From: Chloroflexota bacterium
Lineage (GTDB): Bacteria > Chloroflexota > Dehalococcoidia > Lucifugimonadales > GCA-2712585
DNA length: 48,816 nucleotides
Assembly: GCA_027294635.1 (NCBI GenBank)
Contig: JAPULR010000207.1
Coordinates: 1 to 48,816 of the forward strand
Direction of reading: 5' to 3'
Shown here: positions 7,920 through 17,666 of the stretch, one piece after another
Layout: the number at the start of each line of letters is the position of its first letter
How positions within the stretch are numbered: position 1 is the stretch's first letter
Notes under the pieces: generated by a model
Told to the model about the DNA's origin: nothing
Database searches by the model: none
What the model saw: only the letters and a program-made list of their open reading frames with translations
Program-made: the position numbers and the translations under genes

Positions 7920-9632
7920 CTACCTCCGTGCCCCGTCCGGGGAATACCAGGGACTGGGGCATTTCCCGGCGGCGCAGGTCTTGTCCCTCAAGTGTTGTTC
8001 AAACTCTTCCCTAAAGTAGCGCAGGGCCGAGGAGACAGGATTGAATCCCAGTTGACCGTGGCCGCACAGGGACCCAGCCTGCATGTTCTGGCCCACGGTT
8101 CGCATTAGCTCCAGGTCCCCTGACCTCCCTTCCAAGCGGCATATCCGTTCCAGCACCTCTAGCAGATGAGTCATGCCGGTACGACAGGGGAAGCACTTGC
8201 CACAGGACTCGTACTGGCAAAAGGCTATCAGAACCCGGGTGAGGTCCACCACGCAGGACTCCTCGCTGGCAGCGATAATACCGCCGGAGCCCATTATAGC
8301 TCCAGTTTGAGCCATAGCGTCGAAATCCAGGGGTATGTCCAGGTCATCGCTGCTGAGAACGCCACCTAGAGGCCCGCCCGTCTGAAGCAGCTTAAGCTTT
8401 TTGCCACCGGGAACGCCTCCGGCTAAATCGTCTACAACTTGCCTCAATGTCATACCCATGGGCACTTCGGCCATGCCCGTATAGGTCAGATCCCCCGAAA
8501 GGCACAGAATCGCCGTTCCGGTGCTGCGCTCCCGACCGATGCCGGCAAACCAGTCGCTTCCGCGGAGGACTATCTGGGGCACGTAGGCCAGGGTCTTAAC
8601 GTTGTTGATGTTGCTGGGCTTGCCGAAGAGTCCCACCTGGGCTGGGAAGGGTGGCCGGTATCGGGGCATGGCCCTTTTGCCCTCAATGGACTCCATGAGA
8701 GCCGTCTCCTCGCCAGCGACGTAAGAGTCACCCGTAAGGGCCACCTCTATGTCAAAGCTGAAGCTAGAGCCCAGTATATTCTGCCCCAGGATACCCAACT
8801 CCCGGGCCTGGTCAATGGCGCACCACGTTCTGTCTATAGGGCCGTCATGGCCGTGGCGAATAAAGACGTAGCCCATGGTGGCTCCGGTGGCGTATCCCGC
8901 CAGGATTACGCCCTCGATAAGGCTATGAGGGTCGCTCTCAAGGATGCCCTTGTCGTTAAAGGCTCCCGGGTCTCCCTCCTCACAGTTAACCAGGATATAC
9001 TTCACCGGGTCCTTGGCCCCGGCAAGGAAGTTCCACTTTGTTCCCGTGGGGAAGGCGGCGCCTCCTCGTCCCCTCAGGCCCGACTTGCTGACCTCCTCCC
9101 GGACCTGGTCGGGGGTCATCTCCGTCAGGGCTCGGTAAAGGGCGGCGTAACCATCGTTGGCAATGTACTGCCGTATGTCACAGGGATCGACATGACCCGC
9201 GTTACGCAGGGCGATGCGGTGCTGAGCCTTCATCATGGGATGGTCCGCCAGCCTGGGGATGTCGTCGGATCGGTCATCGCCAAGGGTACCAAGGGCGTAG
9301 GCCGCAACGGGCTTTCCGTTCACGATATGGGAGTCAAATATCTCTGGTACCTGCTCCGGGGTCACTCCTCCGTAGACCACCCTAGGCCCACGGGGCGTTA
9401 CCACATCCACAAGAGGTTCGGCGTAGCAGGGGCCGAGGCAGCCGACCTCACTGATGGTAGCGCCGACGTTCCGCTGCTCCAGCTCGCTTGTAAGGGCAGC
9501 AATGACTCGGTCAGCGCCGGCGGCCTTCCCACAAAGGGCCGTGCCCACGCGGATCCAGGGTTTATCCCCCTGGGATAGCCCCTGCCATCTACGTATCGAC
9601 AGGGCCCTCAGATCCTCAAAGTTAGGGGGCAC
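7920..9632 (-). CDS. NuoF-like NADH dehydrogenase flavoprotein subunit with N-terminal thioredoxin-like ferredoxin domain
   Basis: 570 aa with GLRGRGGAAFPTGTKW (FMN/NADH site), NCEEGDPGAF, and the N3-type cluster cysteines ESCGKCFPCR...SLCGHG. Confidence 0.9.
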   Translation of the reverse strand: MPPNFEDLRALSIRRWQGLSQGDKPWIRVGTALCGKAAGADRVIAALTSELEQRNVGATISEVGCLGPCYAEPLVDVVTPRGPRVVYGGVTPEQVPEIFDSHIVNGKPVAAYALGTLGDDRSDDIPRLADHPMMKAQHRIALRNAGHVDPCDIRQYIANDGYAALYRALTEMTPDQVREEVSKSGLRGRGGAAFPTGTKWNFLAGAKDPVKYILVNCEEGDPGAFNDKGILESDPHSLIEGVILAGYATGATMGYVFIRHGHDGPIDRTWCAIDQARELGILGQNILGSSFSFDIEVALTGDSYVAGEETALMESIEGKRAMPRYRPPFPAQVGLFGKPSNINNVKTLAYVPQIVLRGSDWFAGIGRERSTGTAILCLSGDLTYTGMAEVPMGMTLRQVVDDLAGGVPGGKKLKLLQTGGPLGGVLSSDDLDIPLDFDAMAQTGAIMGSGGIIAASEESCVVDLTRVLIAFCQYESCGKCFPCRTGMTHLLEVLERICRLEGRSGDLELMRTVGQNMQAGSLCGHGQLGFNPVSSALRYFREEFEQHLRDKTCAAGKCPSPWYSPDGARR

Positions 9633-10125
9633 CAGGACCCCCCACGGTCTGCCGCTCTTTTAGCTCACCCACGATCTGTGCGGCTCGCTCAGGGGTGATT
9701 CTGCCTATCAGATGGTGGTCCACGCTCATGACCGGGCCGTTGGCGCATGCGCCCAGGCAGGTGTTATATCTGAGGCTGATGGCGCCGTCATCGGTAGTGC
9801 CTTCGCCGGAGAGATCAAGACTCTTGAGCACCTCCCCTATTGCGTCCATAGCCCCAAGAACGTGGCAGGTCGGGCCCCAGCAGACCTCTACTCGATGTCG
9901 ACCCGGCGGCTGAAACTGGAAGTTGGTGTAGAAGGAGGCAACGCCCCACACATCGTTGATGGTGGAGTCGGTGAAGCGGGCCACCTCCTCGGCGGCCTCC
10001 TGGGGAATATACCCCAACTCATCCTCCACGGCCAGAAGGCAGGAGAGGACTGTAATGGTCTTCGGCTTCTGGGAGTTGAGGGCCCGGTTGACGCGCTGTC
10101 GGAGACTCTCCGCCGTAGAGGTCAC
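9622..10125 (-). CDS. NuoE-like 2Fe-2S subunit
   Basis: 167 aa with the CWGPTCHVLG ... CLGACANGPV cysteine pattern of NuoE/HoxE/FdsG proteins. It overlaps the NuoF-like start by 11 nt. Confidence 0.9.
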   Translation of the reverse strand: MTSTAESLRQRVNRALNSQKPKTITVLSCLLAVEDELGYIPQEAAEEVARFTDSTINDVWGVASFYTNFQFQPPGRHRVEVCWGPTCHVLGAMDAIGEVLKSLDLSGEGTTDDGAISLRYNTCLGACANGPVMSVDHHLIGRITPERAAQIVGELKERQTVGGPGAP

Positions 10126-10169
10126 ACGGCCTCCGTGGATTCGTGAATTTTCTAACTAACCGTCACAGA

Positions 10170-10198
10170 ATGGTAGCACAGTGAATAGCAAGGTTCAA
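10170..10198 (-). promoter_or_regulatory. Candidate promoter for the nuoE-like operon (TTGAAC, 17 nt, TACCAT)
   Basis: On the minus strand, TTGAAC is at 10198..10193 and TACCAT at 10175..10170. This is about 45 nt upstream of the start at 10125. Confidence 0.35.
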
Positions 10199-10279
10199 TT
10201 AGTAACTACCAGAAGGGGCAGTGAAAAATTCTCCCGGGAGGCGGTCAGGCCAAAATCCCCTGAGAGAACCGCCTGGGGA

Positions 10280-11602
10280 CTAGTGTCCGTGATCTTCCAG
10301 CACCATCCGGGCCACCTGACGCCCCAGTTTCACGCTGTAGTTGGTGCCCCTATCCTCGGGATATATCTGGGTTGTGTTGGCCAGATACAGACCAGGGATG
10401 GGCGTTCGGTTACTGGGAATCCGCTGGCTGTAGTTAACTCCAATGATGGGCTGAGCGGCGTCGACCTTGTGATGGTGGTATTCCTGAATCCAGGAACGGT
10501 CAAAGTCAGGGTTAATGCGCGGTAGGTGGGGTAGATACTCGTCCAGCAGCTCCTCGGGGCTCATCTGGTAGATCGGCTCGTCCGTTGCTGGATAGTTGGT
10601 CAGGTAAACGATGTGCTTTCCACCGTAAAGGGAGGGGTCCACGAAATTGGTCTGCTCGATAAGGCCCACGAAGGGCATTGAACGGTCGGCGATGTTGAGC
10701 CAGTACTTGGAGGTGAGGGGGCGGTCCAGGACCAGGATTGCCAAGACCGCCGATAGATAGGTAACGCCGGTTAGCATCTTCTGATAGTCCGCAGGCAACG
10801 GCGGAACCAAACGAGTAAATACGTAGGACGGTGTCGTGGCAATGACGGCATCATATTGCCGGACCTCCGGTGCGCTGCCGGGCGTCTCCACCTCCAAACC
10901 CCTGGCGCGCCCGTCCTCCATCACCACACGTTTAACCCCCGCTGAGATATGGACCTCGCCCCCCATCTCACGGATCTTGCGGTCCAGCACATCAAATATC
11001 TCTCCGAAGCTGCCAATGGGGTAGCCCAGCTTCTCCTTGGCCCAGATACGTTCTCTGGACGACACCCTGAGGTAAATCTTCCCCCAGAGCCAGGCCATGC
11101 TGACCTCGTCGTAGTGCTTCCCAAACTTGCCACGAAGCATAGGTTCCCATATCACCTGATAGGGACGTCTGCCCACTCGCTTCTCAAGCCACTCCCGGGC
11201 TGTTACGCCCTCAAACCTGCGCCAGTTCCTGGTCTTTTGTAGGTAGAGAGTCACCAGCCCCAGACGGAGGCGGTCAAGAAGGCCCAGGGGCCTGAAGGTT
11301 AGAAGGTCCTTGGGTGAAGCGAAGTTCCACACCCTGTCCCCATGAAATAGACCTACTTTGGACTCTATCCAGTGGAGCTTTGGGCCTAGCCCCAACTCGT
11401 GGATGAGGTTGACAATATCCTTGTCGCTTCGGAAGAGATGATGGTAGCCTTTTTCCAGCCGACCCCCGCCTACCTCAAAGGTAGAGGCCTGTCCTCCCAG
11501 GAAGGGGGCCCGCTCAAAGACCTGGGCCTGGTGACCCCGCAGCCCCAGCTCATAGGCCGCTGCCAGCCCCAGGGCGCCACCGCCGATTATTCCTACCTTC
11601 AT
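10280..11602 (-). CDS. NAD(P)/FAD-dependent oxidoreductase (amine-oxidase / phytoene-desaturase-like fold)
   Basis: 440 aa with the N-terminal Rossmann motif MKVGIIGGGALGLAAAYEL. It overlaps the upstream gene's stop by 4 nt. Confidence 0.8.
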   Translation of the reverse strand: MKVGIIGGGALGLAAAYELGLRGHQAQVFERAPFLGGQASTFEVGGGRLEKGYHHLFRSDKDIVNLIHELGLGPKLHWIESKVGLFHGDRVWNFASPKDLLTFRPLGLLDRLRLGLVTLYLQKTRNWRRFEGVTAREWLEKRVGRRPYQVIWEPMLRGKFGKHYDEVSMAWLWGKIYLRVSSRERIWAKEKLGYPIGSFGEIFDVLDRKIREMGGEVHISAGVKRVVMEDGRARGLEVETPGSAPEVRQYDAVIATTPSYVFTRLVPPLPADYQKMLTGVTYLSAVLAILVLDRPLTSKYWLNIADRSMPFVGLIEQTNFVDPSLYGGKHIVYLTNYPATDEPIYQMSPEELLDEYLPHLPRINPDFDRSWIQEYHHHKVDAAQPIIGVNYSQRIPSNRTPIPGLYLANTTQIYPEDRGTNYSVKLGRQVARMVLEDHGH

Positions 11603-12690
11603 TGCTCTTCTCGTTCCTGGGCGACAAGCCCGCCGTCAGCCACCGGATACGTCGAGGGTGCGCCCTCCTCTCGACCGATCAGGCGAGACAGGGGAATATG
11701 CTCAAACCACAGATACAGCAACCCCAGGACCGTCACAGGCACAAGGAGCGCCACATGGACCAGTAGGGCGAAGGCTCCTGCCACACCCGCCCCAACGCCC
11801 ACCAGGGTTAGGGCCGCCGCGGCAGGAAACTCAAAGGTGCCTACAGAGCCTGGAGACGAGGGAATGGACGTGGCCAGGTTGGAAGCCGCTGTAACTAGAA
11901 GTATCACTGGGATTATCAGGATGGCGGGACTGAAGAAGTCGAGCAGGTCGAAGGAGAGAGCTATCATAAGATACATGGAGCCCTCTAGAAGCCACACCGG
12001 GAGGGACAGCAGAAAAAGACCTGGGTGGCGTCTGGGCTCCCGCAGGACCGACAACCCCTGAATAAAAAGACCGATAAGTTCCCTTGCCTTAGGGCGCAAT
12101 TTGGCTGGAAGAAGGTTTGCAAGCCTTTCGATAAAGGCACCAAACCTGGGGTTAATGGCCACCAGGGTAAGAACGGTGATGGCGGCAATAAAAACCAGGG
12201 CGGCTACCACGCCCAGGATGGCCCAGGACACCGCAGAAGTGGTCCCGGCGTCGTCCACCAGACCGCTGAATATCAAAAAGGGTACCGCCACCGCCGCCAG
12301 GAAGAGAAGGGTCAGGCCATCGTAGACCCGCTCCACGACTATCGTAGCCAGGCCCGTACTGGTACTTAACCCCTCCCTTTGGCGAAGGTAATAAGCACGG
12401 GCCACCTCACCCAACCTGGCAGGAAGCAAGTTATTGGCCATGTATCCTACCGTGACCACCGGAAACAGGCGCGAGGCGCCAATTTTGCGCACGGGTGAAA
12501 GGAGGTACCGCCACCTGAGGGTCCGGAAAAAGACCGCCAGGAAATAGAGCATCACCGCCGGCGCGAGATACTGGTATTTGGCGTCGGTCAAAGCATCGGC
12601 CACGTCTCCTATGTCAACAGTGACAAGGAACAGGAAAACAAAAACCAGGCTTACCGCCAGGCCCAACCAGAGTCGCCGGCTTTTAAGCAA
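11599..12690 (-). CDS. UPF0104 / lysylphosphatidylglycerol-synthase-TM-like (TIGR00374-type) membrane protein
   Basis: 363 aa and polytopic. The N-terminal pattern ...VDIGDVADAL...YLAPAVMLYFLAVFFRTLRWRYLL is typical of this family as I recall it. TTG start. Confidence 0.7.
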   Translation of the reverse strand: MLKSRRLWLGLAVSLVFVFLFLVTVDIGDVADALTDAKYQYLAPAVMLYFLAVFFRTLRWRYLLSPVRKIGASRLFPVVTVGYMANNLLPARLGEVARAYYLRQREGLSTSTGLATIVVERVYDGLTLLFLAAVAVPFLIFSGLVDDAGTTSAVSWAILGVVAALVFIAAITVLTLVAINPRFGAFIERLANLLPAKLRPKARELIGLFIQGLSVLREPRRHPGLFLLSLPVWLLEGSMYLMIALSFDLLDFFSPAILIIPVILLVTAASNLATSIPSSPGSVGTFEFPAAAALTLVGVGAGVAGAFALLVHVALLVPVTVLGLLYLWFEHIPLSRLIGREEGAPSTYPVADGGLVAQEREEQ

Positions 12691-12887
12691 CTACCTTCGT
12701 CTCCACACACAACCCTCTACTAATAAGCAATCGGCCACCAAAAAGTATAGCCTGGGTGAGTTGAGGCCACAAGAAACCTGCCTTGATATGGTCGTTCTTG
12801 AGTCCGATAGACCAGATCCCTCGCGATTGGTTTCGATTAAATTCTGTCGGCCTCGTCTTGGCATGGGGTCTAGCTCCACCGACCGAA

Positions 12888-15278
12888 TCAGGAGCCCTGG
12901 GGCAGGTAGGTAAAGAATTTAGAGTCCCACCAGTCGCTTGAAAGCCTGCGATGGAGCAGATAATCCACGGCGCCCTTCCACGACTCCATATCGGTGATCT
13001 TGTCCTTCGCGAACCCGAAATCCTTTCGTACTTCCTGCCATAAGGTCTCCTCCTGTCGGTTCTCGCCCGGCCTCCGGTAGCTCTCCGGAAACCAGAGAAG
13101 GTCTCTAAAAGGTCCTTGTCGGTCGTATGCTAAGAGGTGCTGGGCGTCCCTTCTGCTGTGGGATTCCAGTAGTACCAGGCCTGTGGCCGAAGGGGTCTGT
13201 TCCAAAGGAGTGCACCAGTCCACGTATCCGTCTTCGCTCTCGTCCTTGTAGCAGCGGTACTCAACAAAGCCATCGTTCCGTACGTACCAGTTGAAGGGGT
13301 ACCAGATCTCATAGTCCACCTGAATCCGCTCGGAAGGGTCTTCCAGGAAGGGTTGCTGGCGCAGGTCAGTCACTAACTGCCGAACGTCTTCGCTGGCCCC
13401 GGCGTAGACCAGCATCTCCACGGGCCCATCACTGCTGTGATATGTGGCCCTGAACCCCACAAAAGCGGAGAATCCCAGGAGCAGCACCGCCATACCCAGA
13501 GTCACGAGGCCGAGGCCCGCGGCAGGCTTAGCTCTGTACAGAAATACGACAATCGCCGCCCCCAAAGCGGCTGTTACCCCCACAGCCGCCCAACCGGACA
13601 GGGACTCTACCTTGCCACTATCCAGGAAGTGCTGCAGCAGATAGATGCCCGCCGCGAGAAAGAGGGGCGCAATCAGGAGCAGCGACACATTGAGGCTGGG
13701 CAGAAGCCGCCGCCACGGGAGGTTTTCTATGAGGTCACCCATCAGCTTGGCCGAGAGGATAATAAAGGGAACGGTGATGTTGACTATTAACCAAGGCATC
13801 TTCTCGCTGGCAATGGTGTAGATAAGGAAGGTGCCCACGGCCCAGAAGACCAGGAAAAGCCCCAAGAAACCTCCCTTCCTTAGGTAGTATAAAACGCCTA
13901 CTACACCCAGGAGAAGGGGTAAAAACTCGTAAACGGAACCAAGGACAAAGTAGTAGTACCAGGGCTGGTTGCCACGGGCCACCTCCTGCTGGGCGAGCCA
14001 GTAGCCCATACTCTGCCATACTCCGGTGAAGGCGCCGCCAAACCTGGTGCACACGGTCTCTACCGCGGTATTGAGGGTCTGGGGACATTCCGAATAGGGT
14101 CTGCCCACAACGCTGAAGAGACTTGTATAAAAGGTGAACCAGATGCCGTAGAAGATGCCCGCGCTGATGAGCCAGACCCGCCACCTCCACATGAGACCCA
14201 GGGCCGCCGAAAGGGCCGTTACACTTCCAAGAATGGCCCCAACGATGATATAGTTACGGGCTATCTCCAGGTCTGTGAGGGCCAGTACGGCGTAAGCCAG
14301 GGCCGCAAGGGCCGTCATCAGAAGAATGGCGACAACGTATCTAACCCTGTGCCTGAGGACGACTATTCCCCAAACCCCCACCACGGCCAACCCTCCCAAG
14401 ATGATGGCATCGGCAAAACTGGGCAGGTTTATCACCCCGAAGTTGACGAAGGGCTCCGACCACAGGGGCAGGCCCACGGGTTTGCCGGGCTCACTCCCAG
14501 AATAGGCCAGCACCACCCCTTCTGAGCCGGAGCCCTGGAAAACAGAGGTCAACGCCGCCCACTGGGGCAAGGTGAGGGTACCCATAAGGAGCAAGAAGAC
14601 GGCAGGACCCGTGAAGTCGGATAGGCGGATTCGGCCCATAAGCCAGGGGACGATCTCCGTAAGTGACAGCACAAAGAGAAAGAGCCCAAAGATGGCCACG
14701 ATGATGTAAGCCGACTCCTTGGTAGCAAAGGCCAGGGCCAGGACCGCCGCCGTCATATACAGGTAGCGGTTCTTACGCTCGTTGAGGTAACGCCACATCA
14801 GAACAAAGAGGGCCAGCGCCCAAAAGGCCATGTAGATGTCGTTTCGGGAGTACCGACTGAAGTATAGAAGGGCCGGCGAAAGGGCCAGCATGACCGCGGC
14901 AATCAGGGCCGCCGGACGGCCCAGGTAGTCCCGCAAAAAGTAGGGCAGGGCCACCAAGGCGGCGCCGAAGAGGGCATAGGCTAACCGGACGGTGTAGTCG
15001 CTGTCCCAGAAGATGCCGAATACGGCGGAGTTGAGAAAGAACTGCAACGGCCCGTGGATCCACGGCTCGTGACGGAAACCGTCGCCGGTGAACAGCTGCC
15101 AGCTGTAAAAGGCGTGGAGGCTCTCGTCGTAGTGAATGGGTCTCGCGCCCAGGTCCCACAGGCGCAGGCCCAGCGCTACCATGACCACCCCTCCAAAGAG
15201 GGCCAGATACCAGGTAATCCTCGGCTTCCTGACAGGCGGAAGCCAACGCCCAATTGTGTTCAGCCTGCTAGCTATCAC
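12888..15278 (-). CDS. TIGR03663-type GT-C / PMT-like polytopic membrane protein
   Basis: 796 aa and highly hydrophobic. The N-terminal region carries the family's invariant DE (HYDESLH) and HGP (WIHGPLQF) signatures. It is adjacent to a YYY-domain protein, the usual genomic partner. Confidence 0.75.
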   Translation of the reverse strand: MIASRLNTIGRWLPPVRKPRITWYLALFGGVVMVALGLRLWDLGARPIHYDESLHAFYSWQLFTGDGFRHEPWIHGPLQFFLNSAVFGIFWDSDYTVRLAYALFGAALVALPYFLRDYLGRPAALIAAVMLALSPALLYFSRYSRNDIYMAFWALALFVLMWRYLNERKNRYLYMTAAVLALAFATKESAYIIVAIFGLFLFVLSLTEIVPWLMGRIRLSDFTGPAVFLLLMGTLTLPQWAALTSVFQGSGSEGVVLAYSGSEPGKPVGLPLWSEPFVNFGVINLPSFADAIILGGLAVVGVWGIVVLRHRVRYVVAILLMTALAALAYAVLALTDLEIARNYIIVGAILGSVTALSAALGLMWRWRVWLISAGIFYGIWFTFYTSLFSVVGRPYSECPQTLNTAVETVCTRFGGAFTGVWQSMGYWLAQQEVARGNQPWYYYFVLGSVYEFLPLLLGVVGVLYYLRKGGFLGLFLVFWAVGTFLIYTIASEKMPWLIVNITVPFIILSAKLMGDLIENLPWRRLLPSLNVSLLLIAPLFLAAGIYLLQHFLDSGKVESLSGWAAVGVTAALGAAIVVFLYRAKPAAGLGLVTLGMAVLLLGFSAFVGFRATYHSSDGPVEMLVYAGASEDVRQLVTDLRQQPFLEDPSERIQVDYEIWYPFNWYVRNDGFVEYRCYKDESEDGYVDWCTPLEQTPSATGLVLLESHSRRDAQHLLAYDRQGPFRDLLWFPESYRRPGENRQEETLWQEVRKDFGFAKDKITDMESWKGAVDYLLHRRLSSDWWDSKFFTYLPQGS

Positions 15279-15290
15279 GTTTTCCCATTT

Positions 15291-17636
15291 CTACAGAGGT
15301 TCAATCCTCTCATAGACGATTACGTTGCCGCTCTGAAAAAAGACCTTCATTAGCCGCGAGAAATTCTCCTCCTCCAAAGAACCGTACTTGGCCCTCTCTC
15401 TGGACCCCAGGTATACGTAACGAATCTCATACTTATCCAGCAGGGCCTGGACCTCCTCCAGGTCGCCACTCTGATATATGGCGGCCACGTCCTCTTCACG
15501 GCCGGCGAAGGGCTGACTTGAACCTCGCCACTGGAGCTCATGGCCCGGCCAGTTTAAGGGTGAGGGCAGGCCGGTGCTGGCGGCGATACGGCCGTGGTCA
15601 GTGTAATCACCTCCAACGGCCTCTACAATCCGGCCCCTGGGCGCTTCGTCCCGCAGCTCTTTAATGGCATCGTACTCGTCGGGGTCGAACTTCTGGATAA
15701 AGGCCAGGCCGTCAAGGGTAGGAGAGTCGTTGGAACTCTTCATTCGGTCAAGGGCCGCCCCCGCTGGATAGTAGAAGGAGGCCATAAGAAGAAGGGCCAC
15801 CGCCCCTACCAAGGCGTGACTTCCCAGCCTCAAGGATAGCGATTTAGGCCTGGGGCGGGAAAACCAGTAGTACACCCCAAAGGCCGAAGCCACCGCCAGC
15901 AGCAGCCACGCCTGATAGTAGAGCTTAAAGACCGTGTTCATCCTCAGGGGCAGGAAGTCTTTAAGATAAAACAGCTCGGCTCCCATGAGCAGATAAAAGG
16001 CCAACGATATGAGAGCCAGGCTGAAAACCAGGGGCGTGGGCCCATGCCGCGCCCGCACCAGGGCGCTGTACATAGACAACCCCACGATCAGCAAGAGGGG
16101 GAGGAGCTTTCCAAAGCGAGAGCCCACCATAGCCAGGGAAGACCCAAGTCCATCATCAAAGAGCTCAAGGAAGAACACTAGCACTCCCCAGAGTACGATG
16201 GGCAAAAACGTCAAGACTACTGTCAGGGCCAGTATACCCTCGCTCCCTTTATCGGGCCTCGGCACGCTCCAGAGCTGCCTTATCAGCAGAGAGGCAGCAA
16301 TGATTAGAAAAAAGCCCCAGACAAGGATGAAGAAGAAGGGCCGGGTGCTCACGTCCCGCAGAGGCAGAATGCCTGATGCCTGGCTCTGCAAGTTGATGTA
16401 GAAGGGCAGGAATAGCAGTACGGCCACCACCAGGATAGGAACGCCTACAGCAAGCGAAGAGAGCACAGCCCTCCCGATGTTTGGCCCCCAGTGCCTCAAG
16501 GCTCGGATAAAAAGTACTCCAACAAAAAGGGCGGCAAAGACGGGTATGTCCCATATATTGACAAAGGCCAGTGCCCCCAGAGAGAGGGCCAGGGCCAAGG
16601 ATTCCCAGGGGTTGCGCCACAGCCAACCCAAGCCCGGAGGCTCGTTCGACAAAAGAAAATTAAGGGATAGAGAAAGGCTAAGAACCAGGAAGGGCAGGGA
16701 CATTACATGGGCGTGAAGGTCCCCCAGAAGGAAGCTGAAGAAGGGAAACTCGGAGATGGTGAAGTCCAGGCTCTGGCCATCCTGAACGGTGTCTATAACC
16801 CGGGTGGAATGCCACCACCAGTTAAAGTCCTGAGGGAAGAAACTGGCCCCTGCAGCGGTGGACCGCGACAGGTCCTTGATGGACACCCACTGCCAGAACC
16901 CATCGGACCCCCAGCCGCGGGCCTGGACGAAGTCTAGCACGCCCACCAGGTTGCTGATTAGGCCAATGAACACCGGAGCAGCCAGGGCAAAGAATATGGC
17001 CCTACCCCTTCCCGCTCCTGCCAGGCGTATCAGATTGTAAACCAGTCCGTAAGCGGCGATGGATACCAGGGCGGGTATAAGTACTACGGACAGGTTGTAG
17101 CTCACGCTGGAGGTTATTCCCGTTAGCTTTGTCAGGCCGCCCATGGCCAGATGGCCGAAGTAGTAGTAGCTAATGGAGTTGCCGGAGAGCCACATGTCCT
17201 CTGGAGGAAAGCTTTCGCTGCGTAGGATGGCGTTGAGGAAACCGAAGTCCATAGGCTTTTCGGTGTGGTTTATAGCCGGCACCTGGGCCACAATGACAAC
17301 CCACATAAAGAAGATGCCCAGGAAGATCGCCTCCCCCGCAAGAAGGTGGAAGCGTTCCCTCCAGAGAAAGGCGCCTATCTGTCTAAATTGCCGCCGCAGA
17401 ACCAGGGCTGAGACCAGAGTAATAGCCAGAAGTATGCCGATGAGGGTAAATCCACTGTTGGAGACCAGACCCGTTAGGCCCAGTATCCACAGTAGATAGG
17501 TAGACAGCAGAAGACCGAACACCTTGCTTAGGGTCGCGCCTCTGTCGGGAAGGCGCTTGAACACGTAGTAGGCCAGGGGAAAGGCGATAAGCCCCAGGAT
17601 CTCAACCACCAGGAGCCACAGGACAAGATTAGCCAC
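15291..17636 (-). CDS. Chlor_Arch_YYY (TIGR03662 / DUF2298) polytopic membrane protein
   Basis: 781 aa and highly hydrophobic, with the diagnostic YYYxG motif (NSISYYYFGHLAMGG) and a soluble C-terminal domain. Confidence 0.8.
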   Translation of the reverse strand: MANLVLWLLVVEILGLIAFPLAYYVFKRLPDRGATLSKVFGLLLSTYLLWILGLTGLVSNSGFTLIGILLAITLVSALVLRRQFRQIGAFLWRERFHLLAGEAIFLGIFFMWVVIVAQVPAINHTEKPMDFGFLNAILRSESFPPEDMWLSGNSISYYYFGHLAMGGLTKLTGITSSVSYNLSVVLIPALVSIAAYGLVYNLIRLAGAGRGRAIFFALAAPVFIGLISNLVGVLDFVQARGWGSDGFWQWVSIKDLSRSTAAGASFFPQDFNWWWHSTRVIDTVQDGQSLDFTISEFPFFSFLLGDLHAHVMSLPFLVLSLSLSLNFLLSNEPPGLGWLWRNPWESLALALSLGALAFVNIWDIPVFAALFVGVLFIRALRHWGPNIGRAVLSSLAVGVPILVVAVLLFLPFYINLQSQASGILPLRDVSTRPFFFILVWGFFLIIAASLLIRQLWSVPRPDKGSEGILALTVVLTFLPIVLWGVLVFFLELFDDGLGSSLAMVGSRFGKLLPLLLIVGLSMYSALVRARHGPTPLVFSLALISLAFYLLMGAELFYLKDFLPLRMNTVFKLYYQAWLLLAVASAFGVYYWFSRPRPKSLSLRLGSHALVGAVALLLMASFYYPAGAALDRMKSSNDSPTLDGLAFIQKFDPDEYDAIKELRDEAPRGRIVEAVGGDYTDHGRIAASTGLPSPLNWPGHELQWRGSSQPFAGREEDVAAIYQSGDLEEVQALLDKYEIRYVYLGSRERAKYGSLEEENFSRLMKVFFQSGNVIVYERIEPL

Positions 17637-17666
17637 AGGTCACTCTACCAAGACTTGCGGTGGCCT

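Noticed and set aside
6671-8014. Long plus-strand ORFs antisense to real genes: 447 aa here, and also 8439..9578, 27692..28555, 2691..3347, 11399..12061 and 1728..2204.
   Set aside because: Each lies entirely opposite a gene with unmistakable family motifs. Each has Arg/Gly/Pro/His-rich composition with no recognisable domain and no SD. These are typical shadow ORFs of GC-rich coding DNA.
10239-10274. Interrupted hairpin (AGGCGGT...ACCGCCT with an inner CAGG/CCTG stem) just after the FAD-oxidoreductase stop, considered as an intrinsic terminator.
   Set aside because: The U-run (AAUUUUUC) is displaced about 10 nt from the stem and the stem is interrupted. It is not convincing enough to call.
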